IMG/VR virus record: IMGVR_UViG_3300047384_000133
Span: 1-27,633 of that record
DNA length: 27,633 nucleotides
DNA from: a virus
Taxonomy: Duplodnaviria; Caudoviricetes
Reading direction: 5' to 3' (one strand)
Shown here: positions 1 through 10,100 of the stretch, one piece after another
Layout: the number at the start of each line of letters is the position of its first letter
Position numbering within the stretch: the first letter of the stretch is position 1
Translations under genes and position numbers: made by a program
The notes under the pieces: generated by a model
What the model saw: only the letters and a program-made list of their open reading frames with translations
Told to the model about the DNA's origin: nothing
The model's database searches: none

Positions 1-2
1 CT

Positions 3-1664
3 TTTAAATATTACATAAAAGAGGGATCTAATTTTAACGATATTACTCCTCTTAGGGAAACAACCTCTGCTGGCGATGCAACATTTGCTAAAGTTGGAAA
101 TAGCGACGCTACGATAACAGTTACTGAAAATGGACATGGAGCTTCAATTAATGATTTTGTAACCTTTAGTGGAGCTGCAAGTTTAGGGGGTAATATAACA
201 GCAACTGTATTAAATCAAGAATATCAAATTGCTAGTATTGTTGATGGTAATAGTTATACCATTGAAGCAAAAGATACTAGCGGCAACTCTGTTTTAGCCA
301 ATTCTTCTGATAGCGGAAATGGTGGTGGTAGCACAGTAGCAGCTTATCAATTAAATGTTGGATTAGATTCTTTTGTAGCTTCTACTGGTTGGGGTGCTGG
401 AACTTGGAGTTCTAGTGGTTGGGGTTCTTCTACTCCTTTAGCAGCCAACAATACATTAAGAATATGGACTCATGATAATTTTGGCGAAGACTTAATAATA
501 AATCCTAGAGCAGGTTCTTTATTTAGATGGGACGCTACCAATGGATTAACAACTAGAGCAGTAGAATTACAAAATATATCTGGAGCTAATTTAGTTCCGA
601 CTCGTTGTTTGCAAGTACTAACTTCTGATATTGATAGGCATTTAATTGTTTTAGGTTCTGATACTTTAAATGCAAATGGTACCGCAAGAACTGGCGTAAT
701 AGATCCATTATTAATATCTTTTTCTGATCAAGAAAATTTATTGGAGTTTGAATCTAAAGCTACTAATACAGCTGGTTCAATAAGAATATCCTCTGGATCT
801 TTAATAGTAGGGGCATTAAAAGCTAGGCAAGAAACTTTAATCTGGACTGATGTTTCAATGCACTCGCTACAATTTATTGGCGCTCCGTTTACTTTTGGAG
901 TTAATTTAATTAGTGAGAGTGTTGGTTTGATTGGGCCAAAAGCAGCAATAAATGCAGACAACGGAGCTTATTGGATGGCAGCAGATGGATTTTATTTCTA
1001 CAACGGTTCTGTTCAAAGATTGCCTTGTTCTGTTTTAAATCATGTTTATGATGATATGAACTTAAATGAAGTTTACAAAAACTTTGCTTTTACTAATAGA
1101 GAATTTAATGAAGTAGGCTGGTTTTATTGTTCTAGTTCATCTACTGAACCAGATAAATATGTAGTCTTTAATTACTTAGAACAGGTATGGAGCATAGGAG
1201 AATTAGCAAGATCCTCTTGGATTGATAGAGGTATATTTCAATACCCTATGGCAATTGGAAAAGATAGTAATTCTTTTTACTTATACGATCACGAAAATGG
1301 TAATGATGCTGATGGCTCGCCAATGGATAATGTTTTTATAGAGTCAGGAGATTTTGATTTAGAAGATGGCGATAAATTTATTTCAGTTAGAGAAATAATT
1401 CCAGATATAAGATTTACCGGGAGCAATGGTAACGCAGCATTAAATGTTGTTTTAAAAACCAGAGACTTCCCAAATGATACACCGACAACAAAAGTTACCT
1501 CATCAATCACTAACACAACAAAAAAAATAGATACTAGAGCAAGAGCTCGACAAGCGATTTATAGAATAGAGTCTGACGATGACAACGATGTGTCGGTAAG
1601 AAACGGTATGGAGTTTAGATTAGGAGCAACTAGATTTAATTTTAGAGAAGACGGAAGAAGATAA
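3..1664 (+). CDS. Tail/packaged-DNA stabilisation protein (P22 gp10 / tail tubular B-like), 5'-truncated
   Basis: Frame is open from base 3 (FKYYIKEGSNFNDITPL...GWGAGTW...DNFGEDL...) into the track ORF, so 609 is not the start; beta-rich, EVGWFY and WSIGELARSSW motifs, C-terminal FRLG...DGRR; lies upstream of ejection genes. Confidence 0.75.
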   Translation, partial: FKYYIKEGSNFNDITPLRETTSAGDATFAKVGNSDATITVTENGHGASINDFVTFSGAASLGGNITATVLNQEYQIASIVDGNSYTIEAKDTSGNSVLANSSDSGNGGGSTVAAYQLNVGLDSFVASTGWGAGTWSSSGWGSSTPLAANNTLRIWTHDNFGEDLIINPRAGSLFRWDATNGLTTRAVELQNISGANLVPTRCLQVLTSDIDRHLIVLGSDTLNANGTARTGVIDPLLISFSDQENLLEFESKATNTAGSIRISSGSLIVGALKARQETLIWTDVSMHSLQFIGAPFTFGVNLISESVGLIGPKAAINADNGAYWMAADGFYFYNGSVQRLPCSVLNHVYDDMNLNEVYKNFAFTNREFNEVGWFYCSSSSTEPDKYVVFNYLEQVWSIGELARSSWIDRGIFQYPMAIGKDSNSFYLYDHENGNDADGSPMDNVFIESGDFDLEDGDKFISVREIIPDIRFTGSNGNAALNVVLKTRDFPNDTPTTKVTSSITNTTKKIDTRARARQAIYRIESDDDNDVSVRNGMEFRLGATRFNFREDGRR

Positions 1665-1993
1665 TGGCCAAGATACTAGAAACTAGATTGCCTTTAGCTG
1701 GGTTAGAAATAACGCCAGAAGTATTTAATAGATTAGTCAGAATATTAGAAATAAATCTGCAAAAGGTAGACTTAAATGCTACGCCTATAACAAACGAACA
1801 AAGAAAATTAATAGATAATTTTAATCCAGGAGATTTAGTATTTAATACTGATACTAATCTTTTAGAATTTTTTGATGGTTCAGGTTTTAAAGATATTACA
1901 AGTACATCAAAAACTTCTTTACAAGCAAATGCTTCTTTAGGAGAAGTAACTGTTAATGAAGAAGGATCAATATCAATAAAGGTGAGTATATAA
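1664..1993 (+). CDS. Small virion-associated protein
   Basis: Start overlaps the upstream stop (TAATG); GDLVFNTDTNLLEFFDGSGF resembles short tail-fibre-type beta motifs. Confidence 0.55.
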   Translation: MAKILETRLPLAGLEITPEVFNRLVRILEINLQKVDLNATPITNEQRKLIDNFNPGDLVFNTDTNLLEFFDGSGFKDITSTSKTSLQANASLGEVTVNEEGSISIKVSI

Positions 1994-1994
1994 A

Positions 1995-2471
1995 ATGAGT
2001 AAATGGGATAGCGATACTAAATTAAGTAAAAATTTTAAACTAAAAGAGTTTGAAAAAAGTTTTGTAGCAAAGAGAAAAAATATAGATAATTGTGTTCATG
2101 ATGAAGAAACTTTTAAAAACCTTGAACGACTATGTAAAAACATCGTTCAACCAATTAGGAATCATTTCAAAATTCCTTTTAGCCCTAATAGTGCTTATCG
2201 CAGTATCACTCTTAACAGATACATTGGCTCTTCTGATACTAGTCAGCATGTATTAGGTCAGGCAGTAGATTTAGAAATACCTAGGGTAAACAATCAAGAT
2301 CTTTTTGATTATGTAAAAAATCAATTAAATTTCGACCAAGTAATTTTAGAATACTATGATGGTGTAAATCCAAGCAGTGGCTGGGTCCATATATCTTATG
2401 TATCAGACAAAGATAATAGGAACAGAGCCATGACTTTCGATGGTAGCCATTATAGAATAGTAGAGGATTAA
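1995..2471 (+). CDS. Peptidase M15A (Zn peptidase), putative endolysin
   Basis: LSKNFKLKEF, SAYRS, SQHVLGQAVD (SxHxxGxAxD) and WVHISY motifs; adjacent to a holin. Confidence 0.9.
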   Translation: MSKWDSDTKLSKNFKLKEFEKSFVAKRKNIDNCVHDEETFKNLERLCKNIVQPIRNHFKIPFSPNSAYRSITLNRYIGSSDTSQHVLGQAVDLEIPRVNNQDLFDYVKNQLNFDQVILEYYDGVNPSSGWVHISYVSDKDNRNRAMTFDGSHYRIVED

Positions 2472-2476
2472 GTATT

Positions 2477-2860
2477 ATGATTGAATCACTAGTAAAGCCA
2501 GTAAGCAATTTAATTGGTAAATTTGTTAAAGATAAAGATTTACAAGCACAATTAGACCATGAGCTATCGACTTTATTTCATAAAGCTAATCTAGCTCAGA
2601 TAGAAGTAAATAAGATAGAAGCTCAAGGTAAGCCCTTTCAAAGAAACTGGCGACCTTCTGTTGGCTGGATATGCAGCTTTGCATTAGGTTATCATTTTAT
2701 ACTATCTCCTATAATTGAGGTTATAATAAAAGTTTCTGGCTTACAAATAGATATGCCAGAGTTTGATTTTTCGCAGTTATCTGCGATTCTCATGGCACTT
2801 CTAGGAATGTCTGGGCTTAGGTCATACGATAAAATGAAAAAAACTGACACTAAAAAATGA
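2477..2860 (+). CDS. Holin of 3 TMs (GTA_holin_3TM/DUF3154-like)
   Basis: NWRPSVGW motif, hydrophobic segments, LLGMSGLRSYDK C-terminal motif and basic tail; GAGG RBS. Confidence 0.85.
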   Translation: MIESLVKPVSNLIGKFVKDKDLQAQLDHELSTLFHKANLAQIEVNKIEAQGKPFQRNWRPSVGWICSFALGYHFILSPIIEVIIKVSGLQIDMPEFDFSQLSAILMALLGMSGLRSYDKMKKTDTKK

Positions 2861-4425
2861 AAAATATAAATAAAAATCAACAAGGTTTAAAATCATTAGC
2901 ATCTGAAAGACCAGATGTAGTTAGAAAAATGGGCTATGATCCAGAAAGTTTTTACGCTGGCGGTTTAGCTATGTTGGCAGATGGTGGAGGAGTTGATCTT
3001 GCTGGATTATCAGATCTTTTTGGAGGCATGGCTAAAGAAGAAACTACAGCTTTCAATGCCGTCATGGGAGATGCTGTACCTGCAGCTAAGGCAAGCGTAA
3101 CAAGAGTTGGTGGTTCTATGGGTCCAGATGACGCTATTGAAGAATACAAAAAAAGACAAGCGATAGAAGAAATAGAAGACCAAAAAGAAGATGAAGAGAT
3201 AGCTGAAATGTTTATGGGCGGCATCATGGATTTTGCTAAAGATATGGGCAGCGGCATGATGGCTGGTTTAAGAGCACCAGTAGATTATGCTAAAGACAGA
3301 GTCGGCGCAGCTAAAGAATATTTCTCTCCATCATCTCCGGGCGTAGAACTAACTGAAGGAGCAGAAAAAGGTATAAAAGAAATTGTAGAAGACGCTACAG
3401 GCAAAGATGCTGAAGATCTTACAGAAGAAGAAAAGGCAGAGGTTTTAGCTGACCAGTCAATGGACAAAAAAGAAAAGAAAAAAGCAACTGCTGGAAAAGT
3501 AGCAGATGGTTTAGCTGCTCTAGCAGAAGGTATGGGCGGCATGGGCGGAGGCCAAATGTCTGAAGGATTTGTAGGACAACCTATCGGAGCTAGCCAAGTT
3601 CCTTTTACAAGAGTTGGTATGGCTGAAGGCGGAATGGCTGAAGACGGTATTAGAAACATGTTTATGGGAGGAGAAGCTACATTTACTTATGCTCCATTAG
3701 CTAATTTATATTCTGGTATTGGAGGGTTAGGAGATGCTGGAGTTTTTAATAATCCTGTATCTGCTAATATGTCTAGATCTTCAATGGAAGACGAACAAGC
3801 AGCAAGTCAAAGAGAAATGTTATCTTTAATAGACAGATCTCCTTTGTCAGCAGCTGATAAAACAATTCAAAAACAATTGATAAACTTACAAGTAGGACAG
3901 CAGACATTACCTTTAAGTCCTCAGTATGTAGCTTCTGACGCACCATACAAAGCGCTTTACAGACCATATTTTTCTGAGGTAACAAAAGCTTACAATGCTG
4001 CTAACCCCGGACCTTTTAGCGCTATGGCAGCTCCTCCTAAAGAAAGAGTAGATTTTAATTTGGGTATGCAAGCAGATGGTAAAATGTCGGCACCAAGAAA
4101 AGTCGCTGGCGTAGAATACGCAAATGATGGAATGTTAATTGAAGGCAAATTTTTTCCAGAAACAGATGAATTAGTATCTGGCCCTGGAGGAGAGCGTGAA
4201 GATAAAATTCCAGCAATGTTAAGCGATGGTGAATTTGTTGTTAATGCTAGAACTGTAAGAGGTTTAGGTATGCAAATGGGTGCAGACCCAATGGATTTAG
4301 AAGAACAAAAAGATATAGGCGCTATGGTGCTTGAATATTTACAAGATACTTTGGGACCTAATGGAGAGATGGCTGAAAAAATAGGCGAAGAAGGATTAGG
4401 CGCTTTAGTAAGAAGCATGGCATGA
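2857..4425 (+). CDS. Probable internal virion protein with repeated xxGG motifs
   Basis: Gly/Ala/Met-rich 522 aa; FYAGG, LADGG, MFMGG x2, MAEGG; C-terminal GPGGEREDKIPAMLSDGEFVVNA; ATGA overlaps at both ends. Confidence 0.6.
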   Translation: MKNINKNQQGLKSLASERPDVVRKMGYDPESFYAGGLAMLADGGGVDLAGLSDLFGGMAKEETTAFNAVMGDAVPAAKASVTRVGGSMGPDDAIEEYKKRQAIEEIEDQKEDEEIAEMFMGGIMDFAKDMGSGMMAGLRAPVDYAKDRVGAAKEYFSPSSPGVELTEGAEKGIKEIVEDATGKDAEDLTEEEKAEVLADQSMDKKEKKKATAGKVADGLAALAEGMGGMGGGQMSEGFVGQPIGASQVPFTRVGMAEGGMAEDGIRNMFMGGEATFTYAPLANLYSGIGGLGDAGVFNNPVSANMSRSSMEDEQAASQREMLSLIDRSPLSAADKTIQKQLINLQVGQQTLPLSPQYVASDAPYKALYRPYFSEVTKAYNAANPGPFSAMAAPPKERVDFNLGMQADGKMSAPRKVAGVEYANDGMLIEGKFFPETDELVSGPGGEREDKIPAMLSDGEFVVNARTVRGLGMQMGADPMDLEEQKDIGAMVLEYLQDTLGPNGEMAEKIGEEGLGALVRSMA

Positions 4426-4907
4426 GTAAATTTACTTTAGATAAACTTTCTTTTAACGAACAAGATGGCAAAGATATAGCTGACTTTTTAGCTAGATATT
4501 TTCATGCCGAACATTCCTTAGATGGCGGCAAGTCTCCAAAAATACATTGGGGCAAAACATCTTGGCAGATAAACAATGTCTTATTAAAAGGCATTGTCTA
4601 TGTGGTAAGAAAAAACGAAAACATCATTGGTACTTTAGGTTTAAAAGAATGCTCACACTGGTGGTCAGATGACGCTTTTATAGGTGATACTTGGTTCTTT
4701 GTTAGACCAGAATTTAGAAATGTTAAAGATGATGTAAAGCCTTCTAATATGTTATTGGAAGCTGGCATGAAATATGCTGAAGAACAAAATTTACCATTGA
4801 TTATGGGCATATATAATGTCGGCAGTCTGGATAAAGCAGAAAAATTATTATTAAATAAAGGGTTTCACCAAATAGGTGGAACTTATTATAATGGCATAAA
4901 TAGGTAA
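4422..4907 (+). CDS. GNAT-family acetyltransferase
   Basis: IIGTLGL, WWS, WFFVRPEFR (acyl-CoA binding motif A), KGFHQIG; sits directly before the ejection genes as in many podoviruses. Confidence 0.8.
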   Translation: MSKFTLDKLSFNEQDGKDIADFLARYFHAEHSLDGGKSPKIHWGKTSWQINNVLLKGIVYVVRKNENIIGTLGLKECSHWWSDDAFIGDTWFFVRPEFRNVKDDVKPSNMLLEAGMKYAEEQNLPLIMGIYNVGSLDKAEKLLLNKGFHQIGGTYYNGINR

Positions 4908-4911
4908 TATT

Positions 4912-6045
4912 ATGGGTTGTACTTGCGAACAAAAACAACAAGAAGGGCCACCAGCTAAAGCAGTTGAGTTGCCTACTACTGGTTATTCTTTTATATCTCC
5001 TTATATAGAGGACTATAGTAGAAGAATATTAGGATCTTATTTTGGAGAGCCTGGACAATACGAAGGCTTAATATCTCAAGAAAGACCTATACCTATTGAA
5101 GGCACAGCACAACTATCTGATTTAGAAAGACAAGCAGCAACTGGTGCTGGAGGTTTAGAAAGATTTGCAGGCTATACTCCAGAAGGCATTAATTATTTAA
5201 GAGATGCTGGCGCTTTAGCGAGAGATCCTATGGCAGCAGCTCAAGCTAGATTTAATCCTTATGAAGATGCTGTAGTACAACAATCGATAGATGATATTAC
5301 CAAAGCTTATCAACAACAGGATATTGGTATAAGAGATGATGCCTACAAAGCTGGAGCTTACGGCGGTTCTAGAGGAAGACTAGCACAAGCAGAAAATCAA
5401 ACTGCTTTAGGTAGAGGTTTGCTAGACGCTGTTAGTGGTATTAGAAGACAAGGATTTCAAGATGCTCAAACTCAAGTTGGTCAGAATATAGGTCAACTAT
5501 CTAATATTGGTAGTGGTATATCTAATCTCGCTGGCGCTGGACAACAACAAGCGATCGGCAGAATAGGTGCAATGGCTACTCAAGGTGCTGCTGCAAGAGG
5601 AATAGAACAAGCAGACATGAGTAGAAGATTTAGAGCAGCTGATAAACTAGCTGATGAACCATTCAACAGACTACAAAGAGGTCAGCAACTACTAGCTGGA
5701 ATGCCTGCTGGAGGTGTTTCTGGGGGCACAGGAGCTCAAATATATCAACCACAAGTATTTACTCAACCTTCACCATTATCTCAAGCAGCTGGATTAGCTT
5801 CTGCTGTTACTGGTGCAGTAGCCATGAGTGATGTTGAGTTAAAAGAAAACATTAGAAGAGTAGGAGATTATGACAACAACCTTGGCTGGTACGAATGGGA
5901 TTGGAATAATAAAGCTAAAGAAATAGGAATCGAAGCAGAACCTACTGCTGGATTCTTAGCGCAAGAAGTTCTTGAAGTAGAGCCAGAGGCAGTAACTATT
6001 AAAGATGGTTACTACGCAGTTGATTACTCGAGGTTAATGAAGTGA
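4912..6045 (+). CDS. Internal virion/DNA ejection protein with C-terminal peptidase S74-like (intramolecular chaperone) domain
   Basis: Gln/Gly/Ala-rich; NPY..VVQ and AGAYGGSR motifs; C-terminal SDVELKENI...YEWDW...GFLAQEV...P.AV...GYYAVDY. Confidence 0.75.
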   Translation: MGCTCEQKQQEGPPAKAVELPTTGYSFISPYIEDYSRRILGSYFGEPGQYEGLISQERPIPIEGTAQLSDLERQAATGAGGLERFAGYTPEGINYLRDAGALARDPMAAAQARFNPYEDAVVQQSIDDITKAYQQQDIGIRDDAYKAGAYGGSRGRLAQAENQTALGRGLLDAVSGIRRQGFQDAQTQVGQNIGQLSNIGSGISNLAGAGQQQAIGRIGAMATQGAAARGIEQADMSRRFRAADKLADEPFNRLQRGQQLLAGMPAGGVSGGTGAQIYQPQVFTQPSPLSQAAGLASAVTGAVAMSDVELKENIRRVGDYDNNLGWYEWDWNNKAKEIGIEAEPTAGFLAQEVLEVEPEAVTIKDGYYAVDYSRLMK

Positions 6046-7172
6046 GCAAAGGTATAGGTGATTACACAAAATACCTTGTCGGAGATGAAGGATTTCTTAT
6101 TGACACTAGTAATCCTGGATCAGCTTTACTGGATCTTGGCATTTTAGGTTTGGCTGCTACTGGAGTTGGAGCGCCTATTGCTGCTGGATTAAAAGCTGGA
6201 ACAAAAGCAAGAAAAGCAAAAAAATTAATAGAAGAAGCCAAGAAGGCTCGTAAAAGACGTTTGGCTGAAGCTGGTACAGCAGAGGCTGGAACTTCAACTG
6301 GAGAAATTGCAGGTTTAATTATGGGGGTTGACGGTATGGCTAAAGGTGGCTTAGCTGATTTACCAGTGCAGCATGCTTTTAAAGGTCTTAATGTAGGTAA
6401 AGCGATTGCAGATTATTTTCTTAAAACAAAAAAAATAAAATCTGAAATGCCTACAGGACAAGCTGGACCTTTTACAGTTAAAGGAAAAGAAATAGACCCA
6501 TCTAAATTTAAGTCAGAAAAAGAAATTAAAAGTTTAGATAAAATGAATGTAGCAGAAGCTGGATTGCTTACATCCATATTAGGTTTAATGGGAGGTATAT
6601 CAGCCACTAAAGACAGAACTAAAGAAGAAGTTACTGAACAAGCAGCTCCAGCTTCAATTAAAGAACCAGAGAAGGAAACATTCTTAGATAAATTAAGAGA
6701 CATGGACCCAGCTTTAGCTAGAGCTTTGATTGCAGGTGGGGCAAAGATGTTGCAACCAACCGAAGGTCCAGCAAGAAGTTTCTTAGGACTTGGTGAATTT
6801 GGCGAAGGATTCTCAGAATCTTTAGCTGCTTCAGAAGCTGGTAAACCAGTTGAGCAAAAGGCTTACGAGGCTTATGTTGCTTCTATTCCAGAAGGACAAA
6901 CAGTTCCTACTTTTGCTGACTACATGAACTATTTCACTTTAAAACAAGAAGATAGAATGGCTATAGAGTCTAGAGTAGAAGAAATTCTTAAAGAAAGACA
7001 TGGTAGTGACACAAAATTATCAAATGTAGTTCTTGTATCAAAAGATCCAGTTACTGGTAAAGACAAAGTAATAAGAGCAAATGAAGCTTTATTAAACGCT
7101 GGAGTCAATTATAAAGAAGTAGCTAATAAAATAGCTGCAGAAGCAATACCAGCAGCTAAATTGGAAGAATGA
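6042..7172 (+). CDS. Probable internal virion protein
   Basis: GTG start overlapping the upstream stop with GAGG RBS; Gly/Ala-rich hydrophobic helices; MAKGG motif; synteny. Confidence 0.55.
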   Translation: MSKGIGDYTKYLVGDEGFLIDTSNPGSALLDLGILGLAATGVGAPIAAGLKAGTKARKAKKLIEEAKKARKRRLAEAGTAEAGTSTGEIAGLIMGVDGMAKGGLADLPVQHAFKGLNVGKAIADYFLKTKKIKSEMPTGQAGPFTVKGKEIDPSKFKSEKEIKSLDKMNVAEAGLLTSILGLMGGISATKDRTKEEVTEQAAPASIKEPEKETFLDKLRDMDPALARALIAGGAKMLQPTEGPARSFLGLGEFGEGFSESLAASEAGKPVEQKAYEAYVASIPEGQTVPTFADYMNYFTLKQEDRMAIESRVEEILKERHGSDTKLSNVVLVSKDPVTGKDKVIRANEALLNAGVNYKEVANKIAAEAIPAAKLEE

Positions 7173-7175
7173 CGC

Positions 7176-10100
7176 ATGCCTGTAATAGACATAGACGGAA
7201 AGAAAGTTTTTGTCCCAGAGGGTACGTCTGACCCAGAATCAGCAGCAAGAAGAACATTAAAATCAGTTTCAGGAGGAGAAAGTTTTCTAGGTGAAGTTGG
7301 TAGAGGTATAGGTGCTGGCTTAGTTGGCATACCTCAAGGTATTGCTACATTAGGCTCGACCATAGTTGATGGTGTCTTTGATACTGATTTAACTGACAGT
7401 CTTAATAAATACTTTGAAGAATTTAAACCAGAGACAAACAGCACGGCTGGTCACATCGCTCAATACATAACTCAATTTGGTATTCCTGGGATAGGAGTTG
7501 CTAGTGCTTTATCTAAAGCTGGTAAAACTGCACAGATATTATCTGCTGGTGCTGTAGATGCAGCGGTTGCTACTGACGATGTAGAAACTCTATCGGATTT
7601 ATTTTTTGATGAAGTTAGCGATCAAGAAAGATTAGCTTCAATCAATGGTTCTGAAGCAGCGGCCAGTAGATTGTTAGAAAGAGTTGCAGTATTTGGTGAA
7701 ACTGCTGGAATAGTTGGAGCCTTACCAGTAGCTTTAAAAGCTTTAGCCAAAACTGGAAAAGCAACTGTAGATGTTGCTGGAGTAGCAGCAGCACCATTAG
7801 TAAAAGCAGTGGCATCTAGCCCAGTTACTACTGCTGTTACTAATAGACTCATGCCTTCTACTGGACAAAAATTTACTAGCGTGGAAGATGCAATAAATGA
7901 AAGATCAAATAGTTTCATGGACTTTGTTAAAGATAGATTTACTTTTCAAGGTGGATTAGTAAGCGATGATATTGCTCAATTAAAAGAAGCTCAAGTTCAA
8001 GAAACGAGAAGACAATTAGCACAAGTAGAGCAAGACTTTGGAGAAGTAATGACCACAATAAAAAAAGCTGGAGTTCGAGGAACTTTAAATGCTACAGATC
8101 AAGATAATTTAGCTAAAGCTATTGGTGATTATTATTCGCCATTGACTAAGCTTAGTTACAGAGATGATGCTATGGAGATATTAGCTGATCCAAATTTAAA
8201 AAGAAAAGTTGCAGAAGATATTCAAAATAGAGCTTTACAAGTTATTAAAAGTTACGAAGATGGAGTTGGAAATAAAATAGATTATAAAGCTTTAGGCATA
8301 CCCGATAATCAAAAAATATCTACTTTACTAGAACAGCAAAGAGAGATAGTTGATTTAAATTCAAAAGCGATTGATGACTTCGCTAAAGATTTTGATAACA
8401 CATTTATACCAGAGGATTATGGCAACATCTTAAAAGATAACTATCTTCTTTACACAAACAGAAGTTACAAAGCTATGATTGATAATAGTTATGTTGTAGA
8501 TCCAGAACAAAAAGCAAAAGCAATTACAGAATTAGAAAATGCTTTAGTAAGTTCTGGAATGAAAAATGGTACTGAAGCAGAAAGAAAAATATTAAGAGCT
8601 AATGCTGAAAAAGCCTTTGATGATTTTACATCTGGTAAAGCAGATGCTTTTCAATTTGAAAGTCCACAAGGAAATGCAAATGTTTTAACTGGAGCAGTAA
8701 GAAAAGATATTTTAAAAGGCAGAACTTTAGATAACTTGCCAGAGGTAAGAAAAGCTTTAGGAGAAGTAGCTGGATATTTAGAACAAGACTGGAGCAAATC
8801 TTTAGCCAATACACAATTACAAGCTTTTCAAACGGTAAAGAAACAAGCCAATCTAGTTGGTAGAGTTCAATTGTTTGATGATCTTAATAAATTAAATAAA
8901 GATGCACAGCTGTATGACATCAAACCTTTTATCTTTGATGAACAACAAGTCACTGGTTTAGGAGTAAATAGGTATCAACCCGGCGAATCATTTGAAGTAG
9001 GCGGTAAAGAGTTTGTAAAGTTTGATGATAAAGCTGGGCCACTAGCTGGTAAAGTTGCATCGAAAAGATTTTATGATGCTTTATTAGATTCTACAGGAAC
9101 TCGTTTAGACAATATTTATAACGCTTTAGGCACACCATACAAAACTTTTTTATCTTTGAAATCAGCAGCGCAATACAACAAAACAGTATTGAGTCCGTCC
9201 GCACAAATTAGAAACCCAACTGGTGGTATTTTAATGACTCTTGCCGCTGGTAATATTCCAGGGGCTACTACTTTAGCTAAAGCTTTCGGCAAAGTATTTA
9301 ATAGATTTAACAAAGATCCAGATAAAAATACTTTTGCTGTAAAGCCAGACAAAGATCTAATAGCTAGTGAAACTGTTAAGTTAAAAAAATTAGGAATCAT
9401 AGATGACAGTGCTGCGGCTATGACTGGTGAGATTGAAGACCTAGCCAAGTTTGCTGAACAATCTAATTTTGTTGGTAAGGTTGCTAACAGTAAATTAATA
9501 AAAGGATTTAGAAATAGTGGTTTTAATAAAGGTGCTAGAAAAGCTTACACTGGATCAGATAGTGTTATTCGTGTAGTTAATTTTTATCAAGAAAGAGACA
9601 CTTTATTAAGAGCTCTATTAAAACATGGTGATAGTGCAATACCAGTTACATCTGTAAAAAATAAAACAGCTATTCAAGGAACCAACGTAACTGGTAATCA
9701 ATTGCTCGGAGCTGAAAACGTAGCAAAATTAAGAGAAGCTTTTGAAACAAAACCAATAAAGAAAGGTAACATTGAAAAATTTTTAGATGATAATTTAGGA
9801 AACAAAGAATTAAAAAATAAATTCATGAGTTTTTTAGACGAAGAGAGTGCACAGTTAGCAAAGAATCATTATCAAAATTACAACAGAGTAGGAAATATAG
9901 TTGGCGATTTAGCCAAGTTACCTATTGGTAACTTTGCTGCTTTTCCATCTGAAATAATTAGAACCATGGGTAACATTGGTTATCGAGCTGCTCAAGAGTT
10001 AGCTAGTGGTAATCCAGAGCTGCAAAAGAAAGGTATGAAAAGAGCAGTAAGTGCATTGACTGTAACTACTGCCTTCCCAGCCGCTATGGTTGAGCTAGGT

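Noticed and set aside
609-611. ORF-track start of the first gene
   Set aside because: The frame is open back to base 3; the true start is outside the window
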